Source: Somniosus microcephalus
Taxonomy: Eukaryota
Assembly (NCBI GenBank): GCA_052327205.1
Contig: CM126206.1
Coordinates: 44,020,001 to 44,084,000 of the forward strand
Direction of reading: 5' to 3'
DNA length: 64,000 nt
Shown: in pieces, positions 11,821-25,641 of the stretch
Position numbering within the stretch: the first letter of the stretch is position 1
Layout of the letters: each line of letters begins with the position of its first letter
Notes under the pieces: model-generated
What the model saw: only the letters and a program-made list of their open reading frames with translations
Databases searched by the model: none
What the model was told of the DNA's origin: nothing
Translations under genes and position numbers: made by a program

Positions 11821-14069
11821 ATGTAATGTAATACATTAGGAAGAGAACATCGAGCTGTACTGACCTTTATTATTTATATAGGGATAGGGGGCAATAGAAC
11901 AGTGCAAAAGCAATCAGAAGGCTATAAAAACAAGTAACACCAAAAACTGAAAAACAGACTCAAAGCTAATGCCATCTTTTTGGTTACTTTGTCCCCTATT
12001 TTGCCCTCCTGGAGTCTCAAAACCAAATACCTCCTATAACACACACCCTCAGCCTGCAACACTGCTACTGTGTAAAACTATCTCTACGTGAGTAAAACAG
12101 TACAATTTGCTTTTCTTCCCTGTGGAGAAGTGCCTGGACTTTTCACTGCACCTCCTTATAGCTGTCCAGTGAAGATGCTGAAAATATTGTGGTGATCAGA
12201 CACTGCTCAAACTAGAGTTATAGCAAGCTTTGCGTACAAGTGGCTGCACCGATTCTGATAGGGACAAGTTTTCCATTCCAAGATCAGAAAGGTAAGTCAA
12301 ACTAAGTTAGACTCTACAGAAACAAAACACAGAATACTGGAAACACTGCTGTCTGTAGATGCTGCCTGACCCAACAGATAAGTTCCAACGGTCCAAAGCC
12401 AAAAAGGTCAACTTGTCTGCTATCTCCACAGATGCTGCCTGACCTGCTCAGTATTTCCAGCATGGTTCTTGTTTTGAATTCCAGCATCTACAGTATTTTG
12501 CTTTTTGTTCAGACTCTACTGGGCTGCTTGCTGGGCCATAGCTGATGTCAACTGAGCAGCTGGCAGACATTGGAGACTCATAACACTGAAAATGATGTTA
12601 AAAATCTGAATTATTCCAACATGTCAGCAAACACCAAAAAATGTTTTATAACTAAATCCCAAGTTGTTCCTCCAAAAAGGTTGGCAGATGTGTATTAACT
12701 GTTCCAGCTGAAAGCAGAACTCCTAGTAGAAAGCTTGAAAGTACAGTTCCAAGATTACTGGCCAATTCAACATTCATGTCTGGTTGCGAGAGTCTTGACA
12801 GCAAATATATCTTGGGGATAAAAATAGTAGAACCCAAACTTTCATCCCTTATCACCATGAAGTGGAAATAATGATTCAAAATGCTTAAAGCACAGCAAGT
12901 TCAATCATTCTGGTTAAAAAGGAGCTTTAAGTGACTCCTTTTTAATACTATTAACAGGCAGCACTCTGTAGCATTGACCCTCAAACATTGGGGTGCAGTG
13001 AGCAGCATGGAAAAAGTTTCCCCAACTCCTAATCGATTGCTCCTTCACCCTAATGATGCGTTGCTTCCTGCTACTCGACACAAGTTTGCTTCCTGCTTGT
13101 CTGATTAACAATCTACAAAGCTTCATACATGGTGATATCATGAATGGACCCATGTCTATGACCGACTGAATGTAATAATTAAATGCAAGGGGGAAGGAGG
13201 AGAAAGAGATCAAAGAAACTTGATTAAATAGCCCCAGTAGTGTCTGGTATCCTATGAGGATTTAAAAAAAAATTCAATTTATGCACTTATTAATGCTAAT
13301 TGCCACACAATTAAGAGTACATAAAAGGACAATTCTACGATAAATTCAACATCGCTCAATTTTGCTTTGGAGGGGTGGCGAGGGGAAGGGGAGTCGGTCA
13401 TTGGTAAATAAAGCAAATTACATACGCATGGGAGAAAAGAGAGATAATCTGGAGCGAAAGATCAGCAAAGAACTTCAAAGAATAGATTATTGTGCATACA
13501 TGATTCACTGATGATCCTCTCAATTCAGAGTCGGGACATATGAAGTATATGCACACACAAAAACGGTTTACTCATATTGAAGTCTACTCCAAAATGCTGG
13601 AAAATGCACAAGTGGGAATAATTAATTAGGGAATGTGTCCCTAGAAACCCTGCAAACATAAATCTCAGTATGTATAGCTAGTGGTTGATGCAGCCCGACT
13701 GAGTTTGAGAATCGTTTCTCCATAGAAAAACCTCAAGAAACTAGCAATTTACCAAACAGGTCATCACCGATTTACCAGGATGAGCAAAGAAAATTGGTTA
13801 GTCTTTTTTTTTTTTAAAAAAAGCTTCTGTGGAGGTTACTAATATACAGCATTTAATACTATAATGTCCAAGCAGTTAGCGTTGCAGCATACATCATACA
13901 AGAGATCCTTGCATGTCCCCAATTATTTTCTGTTGTACGTTCACTAAGTTACCTTCTAGAGTTCAATTATGTTTAATTAAAACAGGTCCATCAACAGATA
14001 GGTACATATAAAGATGCTCTCATACAAGGCAGCTCATCAGTACCAATAGGCAGAATTTAAATAACTTAC

Positions 14070-14203
14070 GTGATTTCTGGTGAACGAGGTGGTGAAGGGG
14101 AGCCCTCAGAACTCACTGGCAGTGCAGTTGGAGATATGGATGGCAATGTCTCCCGTGGTATTCCCGAAGGTATAGTGTTAGTGCTTGCATCAACATTTAT
14201 ACT
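14070..14203 (-). CDS. LARP4B: LARP4B exon (SINVDASTNTIPSGIPRETLPS...SPSPPRSPEIT)
   Basis: ttttag|AGT acceptor, AC|GTAAGT donor; 134 nt. DASxNT and SPSP anchors match human. Confidence 0.92.
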
Positions 14204-14432
14204 CTAAAATAAAAATGATCAGTATCATAATCCTATTTACACTAGTCCAGAGATCTTACAGTAGAAATATATAGCCAGCGGACTTCACAGTCAAGCAAGC
14301 TGCAAGGTGCCATTTGGATCTCGGGTCTTGGTCATCTTTCTGCTTGCAATTTAGTTACAAGCATTAACCTTACCTCCAATACAATCCTCTTCCAACTCAT
14401 AACTACACTTCAGATTCTTGCACAAAGCACTG

Positions 14433-14757
14433 TACAGGAAACTTTCTGGTATCCGGCACGGACGGGACCGACGTGTTGCCGGTTCATCAACAATTCCGGA
14501 TAACCGAACGCTATAGTAAAAGATACGGAGCTCAGAGCTCCGTATAAAGCAACAAACCCACAGCTTCAAAACAATCGGCACAAGTTGCAAGCGTCTCTGC
14601 AGCTTAGCAACAGCTTCAGCTACACCCTTGCACAGCAACAAATCAATTAAAAAAGTAACTAAAAGTAAAAAAAAGTTACCTGAACCGACTCCTGAATTTT
14701 GCCGGTGGATAGAGCGTTCCGGTTATTTAGGAGCCGGATAATCGAAAGTTTCCTGTA
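14433..14757. mobile_element. Tc1/mariner-type MITE (orientation A)
   Basis: TACAGGAAACTTTC...GAAAGTTTCCTGTA, 325 bp. Confidence 0.9.
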
Positions 14758-15139
14758 CTGAGAACTTGAGAATAAATTTCGCACTCAATTTCCTTCGGTT
14801 AAGATTGCAAAATACTGATGTCAAATTACCAAATGGCTTGTTCAGACATGGAAATGTCCATCTTAGTTATCTTGGCCACAAAATATAAAATGTGAACTGT
14901 TTTCTATTTGGAAAATGGATAGCTGAGCTAATTATTATATGCATTTTGGCATTTGTTAATATACACTGGCAGTGTCAATAAGCGATCTGTTCAAGTCAAT
15001 CTAGATGCCTCGGATATGTATTAAAGTACTAATGCGTGTACGCAATCTAGGTGCTCAGGAACCAGATAAAGTGACGTAAACTGAAGAGAGCGTGTTAAAT
15101 TAGTACAGCCTCACAGTATAAACAATATATTTCAGAAGG

Positions 15140-15930
15140 AAAGAAAGGGACTTGCATTTGTATAGCACCTTTCAAAATGCTTTAGGGCCAATGAGGTACA
15201 AGTGTAGTCACTGTTGCAATGTAGGGAAATGCAGCAGCCAGTTTTGACACATCCAGGGCCCACAAACAGCAATGAGATACAAGATCAAATAATCTGTTTA
15301 ATAATGTTGGTTGAGGGATGAATATTGGCCAGACCACCGGGAGAACTCCCCTGCTTTTCTTCAACTAGTACCCTCTTACATTTACTTGCAAGGGCAAGTG
15401 GGACCTTGGTTTAACGTCTCATCTGAAAGACGGCACCTCCGAATTCAGCTTGCTCACCCATATCCTCATTACCAAGATGCTTTCTTCCACCTCCACTGGG
15501 ATACCTCGTCGATGCTCTCTAACTCATGACTCACTTGTCTAATATCATCGCAGTTGGCCTTCCCAGCTCAAGCCTGCACAAGTTACAATTCTTGCAAAAT
15601 ACTGCAGGCCATGATCTCACCACACAATGTCCAACACTCCCATAACCCCAATCCTCTCCAGGCTCTCAGCGCCCCAGTGTGTTGATTTCACAAGACTTAT
15701 CCTTGCTTTCCAATTCTCCCATGGCTTTCTCCCCATCTATCTTAAATGATGTTATCTAACATTATGCACCGGTTACTCCTTTAACACCAGGCTATGCCTT
15801 GTCCACAGCTCCATTATTGGTAATCACTCATTTAGCCACTGCATTTTGAAACTCTGCTTCAGTTTCCTCTGCCTTGCCACCTTCCTCCCTTCAAAAGCCT
15901 CCTCAAATCCCTTTTCTTTGACTGTGCTTT
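15140..15930. mobile_element. Partial DeuSINE (minus, to ~15440) abutting a degraded L2 LINE 3' region (plus)
   Basis: SINE tail ACTTGCATTTGTATAGCACC; L2-like remnants reading KLQFLQNTA and DFTRLILAFQFSHGFSPSI. Confidence 0.65.
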
Positions 15931-16722
15931 CAATCTCCACTACAACCCTGCTCTGATTGCATTTTCTGCCCTTCTGATCAGCATCTAAAATTTCTCAATG
16001 TAAAATAAATACTTGAGATGTCTTCCTATGTGTGAAGAATACAGAAATCTAAATGATTGAAGTGATGTTTCAGGGTAAGCGCTCTGCAACTCAAATAGCT
16101 TGTGGTTTTCAATGGAGAACAAAAAGATACATGCTGCCTTTTGGGAGTCATTGTGCCTGTAAAGCTCAACAGTTACCTTGTCTCCAAAGCTAGCCTTCAC
16201 CTTTAAAATAACTCGAGATACTATGTCTCCTCTCCATACTGGTATAATTTACCACACGACCAGTTTAAGTTATCAAATGGTCCAAGACACAGCACATTGA
16301 GCGAGATTAGGCAAGAAGTTGAAAGTAGTAAAAGACCTCCAATGGTGATATTAGCTCTGGGACTCCATAACAACCTGCTTGGGAGACATGTACATCATTC
16401 CTAAATTCCACTAGTTGTTATTCCATTCTACTTGGTGTAAAGGCTCTTCAGTAATGGTGCAAAGCTTTCTACATATACCCCCCAATCTAGATTTGCTCAG
16501 AATTCTTGGTCTGAAATCACCGTTTAACTGAACTGAATTATGTAATCATCTTTGTTCAGACCTGACTGATTCTCATCTGGCTAGAATCCACATCATATTT
16601 AAGACAGACAAATGCTGTACTTTGTTTCTATGGTTTCAAAACAATACAAGTTTATAATTAACTATTCCATAATTCTCTCTCAATGGAGTGTTCTTCAAAA
16701 GCAGAATAAATCACCACAATAC

Positions 16723-16899
16723 CTGTAATATCTGTGCCTTCTCTTTCGGAATTGCTTTGACCACGTTAGAAAGTCTGTTCTCAAGAACCTCTTCGGTCTT
16801 CAGGTTGCCTGCAGCTCCAGGCAAAGGAGGAAAGTTGGACAACCCTAGTTCAAAGTTGGGTGATGGTGGCTTTGGTGGAGGGGATTGTGTCTGGGATCT
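16723..16899 (-). CDS. LARP4B: LARP4B exon containing the conserved FELGLSNFPPLPGAAGNLK block (RACK1-interaction region of the LARP4 family)
   Basis: ttggcag|AGA acceptor; first GT donor CAG|GTATTG at 16723 (177 nt, phase 0 to 0). The 3' boundary is slightly uncertain (possible GC donor 15 nt earlier). Confidence 0.92.
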
Positions 16900-19800
16900 C
16901 TGCCAAAAAAAAGAGTTTTAAAAGATACAGTTCCCATTCCCAAAAAAATATCAAAAAGGCACTCAAATAAAATTGATCCCAATTTAACTGTCCAAGAAAG
17001 CACCAACCCATATTATTAAATGGATATAAAAAAAGATAGAATGTTTCAAATTGCTATTAGCCTTATGAAGAAGGTCTGTCACAAGTTTTCCCTCAGAGGG
17101 TATTGTACATACGAAACTGCTCACAGACAAATCTGGTGTTGGCATTAACTACAAACTTAGAAACATTATGTACAAAATCAAAAAAGCAAAGAACTCAAAT
17201 TTGGTGGAATGCCACCAGGGGCAAGAAACAGAACGACAGATTTGCATTTATATAGCGCCTTTTACAACCTCCGGACATCCCAAAGCGCTGTACAGGCCAA
17301 GAAAGTACTATTGATGTATAGTCACGTAGGAAATGTGGCAGCCAATTTGCACACAGCAAGGTCCCTCAAACAGCAAAGCGGTAATGATCAAATAACCAGT
17401 TTTACTGATGTATCCTTAAAGTCATTTTAAACTTCAACTCAATAGCAGCTCAAAATCGGTTTTGTTGCATAATTTTCCCCTCTCCCTCCTCCCCTTCTAG
17501 CTTAAAGAGTGAAAGCGACCTGGCAGCAATTACATTCATCTTAAAAGGAAGTTTCAGTAACTAGCATTTTGAAGCAGCATGTAAGATGTTTAGTGGCATG
17601 AGGCTCAGAGTAAAGAACAGAATTAACCAGACACAGAAAAAGGAGTGGGGTGAAGACTCACCAGAAATAGAAAAAAAAGCACTCAGGATTTTGATCTCCC
17701 AATGCAACATGCCTATCCAGAGCAGAGACAGGCAGCTTGCAATCCTAAGAGACCCTCCAGCTATAAATAAGCACTTGTTGTAATAGGTATACTTAGCTAA
17801 CCTCCTGTATGAGACTCAGACCAATTAAATACAAAGGCTTCAATATTAAATATTAGGTCAGAATTTTTAAAAGCCGTTTCAATTTATATATTGTAATCAT
17901 TAATGTCCCCATGCATATTTTTGGAACATAACACATTTAATGGTGGGTGCGCTGATGCAGAGTTCCTGGTCCTCAATCTCCTTTCTCCTGATGGGTAAAT
18001 ACCTAGCCTCTGCTCTACCTCCCTTTCCGCAGTGAAGATATTTGGCAGTACGCATTACATAAATATTTTCATAAAGGCTCATGCCAGCTTGGCTTTACCT
18101 TTGTCAAAACATTTTACAGCCTACATCCTCAATGATTTGATTAGTATTGGAAAAATAAAAGTGAATTTTGTGTAGCTTTGAGGACGGTATTGTCAGATGA
18201 TATGCTGTTTTATGATGGTCATTTTATGTTACGTACACTATATTAGTCAGTGTTAATGTCTTAGTCATTTCCTGATTGACCTGAGCCAAGATGAAGTTGT
18301 ATTTAACCTAGCCTATTCCTTTGAACTCCGAGTCAAACTGCATCAGAGGAGAAATGTCATATTTTACTTACTCAATACTGGTGGATGGGCAGTTTGAAAG
18401 AAGTGGTGAAAGAGAGCAGAAAGAGTACTGCAAAAAGGCACATCTAGAGGTCAATTATGTTAATTGGCTCTGTCCCAGGAAGGGTCTAAAAATACTATCC
18501 CTCCTCCAGAGACAAATGTTTATTGGCCTTCTGGTGCTCTTGATTGGTAGCAGCTTGGAAAACTCCAGCTTCTTTCCTTACAGAGAGGGGAGGTTAAAGC
18601 AAGAAACAAACAATCGTTTACTTTAAGGTGCTATTGTGATTTATTACTTTTTATTCATCAGAGCCACTCAGGTTCAAATGTGTTTATGTAGTTGCTAGAA
18701 CATGGAATGCATTGCCACAGGGAGTAAATGAGGCAGAGACCCTTGCATCTTTAAAGAAAATATGAATAAATTCTTAAGCAGAGAAGACTTAAGTGTTAGA
18801 GAGTGAGCAGGGCAGTGGAATTTGTTCTGGTTCGATCCAGCAAAACAACTGCCAAATACATGATGGGCTGAATGACCTCTGTGTGCTGTAAACTTCTTGT
18901 ACTCTGTGGGATAATTCAGAGTTCAAATAAAATATTCAATTTTCTTTTAAATGCTCAGAACAATACCATTGGAAGAAAGTTCTGTAACATCTCATGGGAA
19001 ATATACAAAAAGTTTGGAGATGGTGTTTTAAGCTGGATTTGAATTCAGTCAGAGATTAAATGAAAATTCTCTGCCAGTTGCAGGGTGTTACACAATGCAA
19101 GTTTGGAGAGTCTCAAACCACTTCGAAATGGTATGGACCCAAACAGAAGTGCGTACAAGCTGCCAAACCCATCGTGTAGGCCTTTTTCCGAGATTAAATT
19201 TCGGCAAAGTATGAGAACTTCACTCTGCATTGGCCTACACTTGATCTAATCTGGGAATGTTTAACATTGACCACAGATGCCTAAAATGGAAGTAGTGTTA
19301 GTGTCGAGCAACAAAAATCTATCATCTCAACGAACAAACCAATTCCACATGTCCAATTTTAAAATGAGACAGGACTTTACTTGGGGGAAAAAATTGTCAT
19401 ATCTGTAACAGTGAGTAGTTCACAGGACTTGGTCAACACTAAAAACTGCTCACTAAGTGCGCAACAACCAACAAAATAGGATCTATTTATTTGTAATGAC
19501 ACAGATATGGTAATAATAAAGTTAGGGATAATCAAGCATCTGGGACCAGTGATTAATTTTTTTAAAATTAAAATGCACATGATGATATTAAAGAGACAGT
19601 GCCATACTGCAGAACTTCAAACAGACCCTGAAGGAAATGAATATCACAAAAAGATTAATTGAAACACCTGCAGTAGAAAGTGGAAAGTGTGAAGTATTTA
19701 AGCACTCTAGTCTACACCAAGTCAAAACAAATTAAAAGTCAATGGAGGGTATCATGTTTACAAGGGGATATATAAAGAGTATGTTAGAAATAAGCAGAGA

Positions 19801-21456
19801 ACACAAGTCTGGGTAAATTACAAATAAGCAAATACAGGTTCAAAAATTTAGAAGTCAAAAGGAACAAGGACTTCTGAGAAAAAGATTTCTCCGATAAATG
19901 TAGTAAACAGAGTGTACTGGTTCATTTTGAAATAGTGTGACGCTGGAAACCCCAAGACAAAAAGCTACCCAAGTCAGAAATCAGATTGCCATTACTGGCA
20001 GAGGAGATAGACATTGTGCCAGTGACTAAGTAAAAAGGTTATGCACTTAAAAGAAAAAAAAAAGTCCATGATCCTTAAAGGAGTTGCATATTGAAATTTG
20101 TCATCTGAACAAACACTGGATTCTAGAAGATTGAAAAGTGGCCAAAGTAACACTACTTAAAGGAAAAGGGATCAAGGCACACCCAGAGGGGTATGATTCA
20201 AGCTGTTCCCTTTTATTAGCTGAAAACATTAGTTGAATAATATCTCAACAGGTTTTGGATTTTTCCCCCATAGTGTCTTTGCGTAACAAAAGAAGATTGT
20301 GCCGAGCAGAATGATGCTCACTTAATCAACAACTTGGATTTTCGAGCACCTTTAATGTAGAAAAGCATCCCAAGCCACTTCACAAAAATGTAAATTAGAC
20401 AAAAATGGACAGGAGCCAAAAAGGATGCATTAGAAGGGATGACCAAAAGTTGGGCAAAGAGTTAGATTTTAAGGTGGATCTTAAACGGTTATAGGGAGGT
20501 GGAGAGGTTTAGAGCGTGAGTTCCAGAGTGTAGGGCCGAGACAGTTGAAGGCCTGGCCACCAATGGTGGGACAAAGGGAGAGGGATAAATAAAAGATTGT
20601 AAAATGGTCAGAATAACAAGAGCCATACTTTGCTCTGAAGTGGATGCAACATCTGGGCATGATAGTGTAATTGTTACGGTACTAGACTAGTAAACCAGGA
20701 ATTATGAATTCAAATCTTAGCATGGCAACTTAATGAAATAGAGTTCAATTAATCTGGCAATTTCTGGGCCAGTACCAGAAATATGTCCATGAAAGCTGCC
20801 AGACTTGTAAAAACAAACTAGCTCACCGAACCCTTCAGTCCTACCTGGTGTGGCCCATGTGATTCCAGTCCCACATTGTAGGTTCAATCCCCTCTGAAGT
20901 GGCCTGGCAAGCCAGTTGTCAAGGCACTTAAGAATGGGCAGTAAGTGCAGCCAGTTTTGCCACATCCCATCAAATAAAAAGCTTCAGATGGAAACTTGAT
21001 CATCTCAACCACTGGACACATTTGCAGAGAATCTAATAAACAAACATTCAAGTTTCTCTCTCTGGGTCAAAGTGGTAGGAAGTATTCGATTCTGAGGAGT
21101 CTGCCCACGTTGCTGTACAAATCGCCTGACAGCAGTTTTAAGAACATATTCTTCCATATTTAATGCTGCTCAAAATGCCTCACAATGGTAAAGCTGTTTG
21201 GAATGAAGGTTGGGAACTGTGGTGCAAACCTTTTGTATACCACATTGGAGCAGAAACCATTTTAATGTTCACAAACCACAAACTTTTTCCACCCCTCTCA
21301 GGTTGAGATCGTGTGTTGGATGGGATAGGCAAGCTACTCCAGAGAGCTCAAAGCTCAAGCCAGCACTTCCATGTAGTGATGCTACATACTGGTGCTCCAC
21401 CACAACAACCTCAATGACAGTCAATATTTAAAGTTCCAATATTAAAAACTTCATAC

Positions 21457-21502
21457 CGTAAACTTGTCTTCCCTTTTCTTCCTGTATCCATATGAATTCT
21501 TC
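21457..21502 (-). CDS. LARP4B: LARP4B exon (KNSYGYRKKREDKFT)
   Basis: ttccag|G acceptor, ACG|GTATGA donor; 46 nt. Confidence 0.94.
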
Positions 21503-22004
21503 CTGGAAAAAAAATTAAAATTCCATAAAGACTTTAATATTCAAGGAAAACAAATCAGCATCTGCTGCATGTTTCTCTCATCTTCTACACACATCATAAA
21601 ATGGTCAATCTTTAAGTCATGCTTTGTTTGATGGTGCAAGTCAACCAAGAGACTCTCAGTTCAGCAGGTTTAAATCACAAACATATTTCTGGTCATTTTA
21701 TATGGGTATGATTATAGATTGCAATGTGCATGGAGCTCACTCATCAGGTGATAAACTGCAGACTAGCAACAAGGTAAAGAAGGGCTCGGGGGAGAGAAAG
21801 AGTGGAGAAGAGAAAAAGTCAAAAGACAAGATGGCACTACAGGCTGATCTGTAGAAAATTCAGGTTTCCACTTGTTTAGCAATAATTGCATTTTATTTAG
21901 CTAAACATCTTTTAGAAGATGTCTGACTGAAAACAGATCACGTCTGGAATGCGAAAGGAATCGATTCTCGGTATTATTTCCTTATTTCGGTTATTCAGAC
22001 TCAC

Positions 22005-22256
22005 CTTCCTCGGCCCATGCTGGGTGATGAATCAGCATTGATTTGCTCTGACCTTCCAATCCCAAAATCTCTCTTATTATAAGCTGCATTGCTATGGATC
22101 CGTGCCCTGTTAGGTCCAGCCGGTCGCATCTGAGGACTTCGAACACCATTCAACAGACGATCCGTAGAAAAATTAAATATCGTTGGGCTCTCCAAAAGTC
22201 CCGGTCCACGATCTGTGTTCGGTAACGTGGGGCGTAGATGAGATTTACTGTGGTTC
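22005..22256 (-). CDS. LARP4B: LARP4B exon (NHSKSHLRPTLPNTDRGPGLLESPTIFNFSTDRLLNGVRSPQ...SSPSMGRGR)
   Basis: gattag|G acceptor, AG|GTGAGT donor; 252 nt, phase 2 to 2. Confidence 0.96.
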
Positions 22257-25200
22257 CTAATCAGAAATGTAAATTAATTATGCTGATCTAGAGCAAGACT
22301 AATCATTGTAATACGAACAAATTAAGAAAACATAACCACTAACAGTAAAGTTTAAAAATTTGTAATTCAACATTGAAATCCCTAGGGTATAGTATTTTTC
22401 CACCAAAATAAGCAAGCTTTTGGAAATACTACAAAAAACTGGAGTGATAGGCAGTGCAAGATTGGAGGACCAAGAGGATATGCTACAGAAGGATAAAACT
22501 CCATGCTTGATGAATGCTGCAGCTACACTAGCTTGCTCCTGCATAACTTCTGGTCCTAGTCCCGAGACTAACCACCCCAGAGAGAAGTCTGGCTATCAAG
22601 GCCATGGCTAGCATCGTGATGATCCAGACCAACTCTCTCTTGCATGATTTACTGCTAGCAGCAGGTTGAAACAACCCCCTGCTACAACAGAGCCCACCTC
22701 CCCAAACATCTCAATTAAGCATCTGTCAGATTACAGCTAGTTGAGATTGATGTACAAGTCTCCACCCAAAGCTGAATAATTGCCCAGCAATTGGACCCCT
22801 TTCCTGCAGAGCTATTTTATATTTATAATAACTAAAAGGATAAGAAACACCTCTTGGGAAAAGCGGAGCGCACCATCTGCTATTGGCACAAGGACAGCAT
22901 TTAATGTAATAGCCTAACCAAACAAGATAGGGGAGATAGCGTGGCACTGTCTGGCTAGCCTGAGTTCCCAGATCAGTACGCATAATTATGCACACTGACT
23001 TGTGTGTATATTCCTGTAAATACTGCAAAACTGCAAGATTATCCCTCCGTTTGAACACCCCCTACTGAAGATACTACAGTCAAGCAGATTGCAATCTTTT
23101 CTTGTCTAGTTTTTAAGCACTGCAGACTTAGCATGCTCAATCAGGTGCACTTTGTTTAAAAAAGACAGCAATATATGCATTAAATACGTCAGTTCGGGGC
23201 ATCCCAGGAGGTCAAATGGCAGGTCCGCCCAGTTGCAGATCTGATGGCCACGAGTTGCAAAGCTGCCCGTCATTCCAACTTGCTTCCCTGAGGTAGCTCA
23301 GTTCCAGCCCATGCGATAAATGCTGAAAGGAGATGCATTCATTCCCTTTCAGAAAGATATCTGCAGACTAAATCAGTTCCTGCTCCAGTTATACCTCCTA
23401 ACTACAGTACCTCACAGCGGACTGTCCTGCCATCCAGGGTACAGGATAAGTAGCAGTAACAGGAGTTTTGTGAGGGGGGAGCGGGGGGCAGTAGGGAAAG
23501 AACTATTAGATCATCTGCTCAAATGTTTTTGACTTGTTGAAAGGTTGAAATGCTTTGAGCAGATATGGTTTCTGAAGATTATAAATGTCTTCCTCCCTCT
23601 TCTCACCCAACTTTCTTTCCTCATTCCTGCAGCATTTTGCTAATGTTTGTTCTGTGAGTGACTAGTTCCATGTGGAAGCACCTGGCCTCCTTTCACCACA
23701 GCTACTTACTAGAACAAAGGCTCAGATGAAGAATCCTAGTAACAAAATCGGCAGCCTACGATTCTGTGGCACTGAATATTGGAAGCTATATGTACAATGC
23801 CACCATACTGACCACAGCAGTGTTAAGATATGGTCCAAGATATTGCTTGCAGGAAATGGTGACCACATTACAGCAAGATAAAAATGTCCTCAAGAGCTAG
23901 ATCTTAAAAAAACAAACGAATGCAAGATAAGCATTTTTACATATGTTAATTACTACTTGTGGGGGAAAAAAACAGCTCAGATCTGAAACAAGTCAACTGT
24001 TGAAATGTTTTGAAAACAAGTGTTCCTGCTGCTTGATCACGACATAAAAAAGGAACACAGCAACCTCCTGCAATTACTCTGAAACACACTGCATATTATA
24101 TCCATTAATGCTGCAACAAATGTGCATTATCTTTCTCCTCTGTTGGCATGTATCCCATGGCCATATCCTTTCCTATAGGTACAGGCAGTTCTGTCATTTT
24201 TGAAGTCAAAACAATGATACAATTACACATTAAATAAAATGTTAGGCTTATTTAGCATATTGGTACCAATATACTACAGAAGATGATCAACTTAAACCCA
24301 AATACCTCCATGGTTTGAGATACGATTTGTTATTGTTTCAAGTTGCTCCTACTACCATTAGTGACGTCTACAACCACCAAAACTACATATCATACAACTT
24401 GTTCTCCAGGTACAACCCAAATATGGAAACAAAATGCAATGTACTTGGGAGTTTTCCCCCACAGATTAAGTAGTCATCGTTTGAACATTTTACACATATT
24501 ACTTCACTGAATATCCAAATGAAAACACTATGGTCACTATTGTTTTGACTTGCATACCCCACACGAAAGGGCCACATAGATCTTTAATCTGGAAAGTTTT
24601 TTTTTTAACAAAGTTCCACACAAAAGATTCCTAATTAAACTAAGAACTTCAGTAATTCAGAATAGAACATGTTAAATTGAATAAACCAAGATAGGAAACA
24701 TTATTCAGAAGGTAAAACATGGGGAGGTTTTGAATAAAGCTCCAAATGGCGTCAGCATTTGGACCCTTTTTCTAATCTAGATAAATGACTTGGATACCAA
24801 ATACTCTGGCAACACAAACGGGGAGAGCAGTAGACATGACACAGCTAGAAAGCTTTGCAGAATGGTTTACACTGGTTAGCCATTTGGGAAAATCAAACTT
24901 AACACTTCAGAAATTTGAAACAGTGTACTCTGGTCAGAAAACCTTGCATCATAGTTAAGGAATGCTTGGAACGGAATTAGAATCGAGACCTAAAGAATCT
25001 GGGAGTAATAGTGAACTTATTTTCAAACACCTAGACATTGTGGCAAGCTTTTTCACAAAGTTAATAAAAGCAGCAGCAACCCCATCTGCAGAAATATTAA
25101 TGCTTCAGAGTGCACTGGTCGCATCACACTTGGAGCAGTGTGTTCAGTTCTGATCACACCATAAAAAATGTAAAAAGTATTGGAAAAAAGCTCCCAAATA

Positions 25201-25531
25201 TAAAAGGAGCTGAGGTTTAAGGAAAGATGTGTTTTTAACAGTACGTATCTAAATTAATACATATTGCTATACTGATCTTAAGCCACTCTTACCCAAGTTG
25301 TCTTCCTCCTCTAAACTCTCTCCCCTATGGAAGGAAGCAGGAAACATACTCCAAGCCTGTAGCAATGACTTGTAATAAAAGGTATGCAAATGCAATTGGA
25401 TTTTCCTCCATTTCTATGGAACAGCCAATTTCCTTTTTGCACTTCTCTCCAGAAACTAGGAAGGCTGTGCTTGCTCCCAACCTAAATGCTCTCTACTTCA
25501 AAAAAAAAATTAACATTCAAAAAGATCTTAC

Positions 25532-25641
25532 CTGTTTCTAGGGTTATATTGTCTGAGTGAGGTCAAAGGGGCTGTAGCAGATTTGAAGTTTGGAGCTGCA
25601 GTAAATCCATTTATGAAGCCAGCATTAGGGAATGGAGATAC
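25532..25641 (-). CDS. LARP4B: LARP4B exon (VSPFPNAGFINGFTAAPNFKSATAPLTSLRQYNPRNR)
   Basis: ttgtag|GTA acceptor, AG|GTAAGA donor; 110 nt, phase 0 to 2. Confidence 0.95.
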
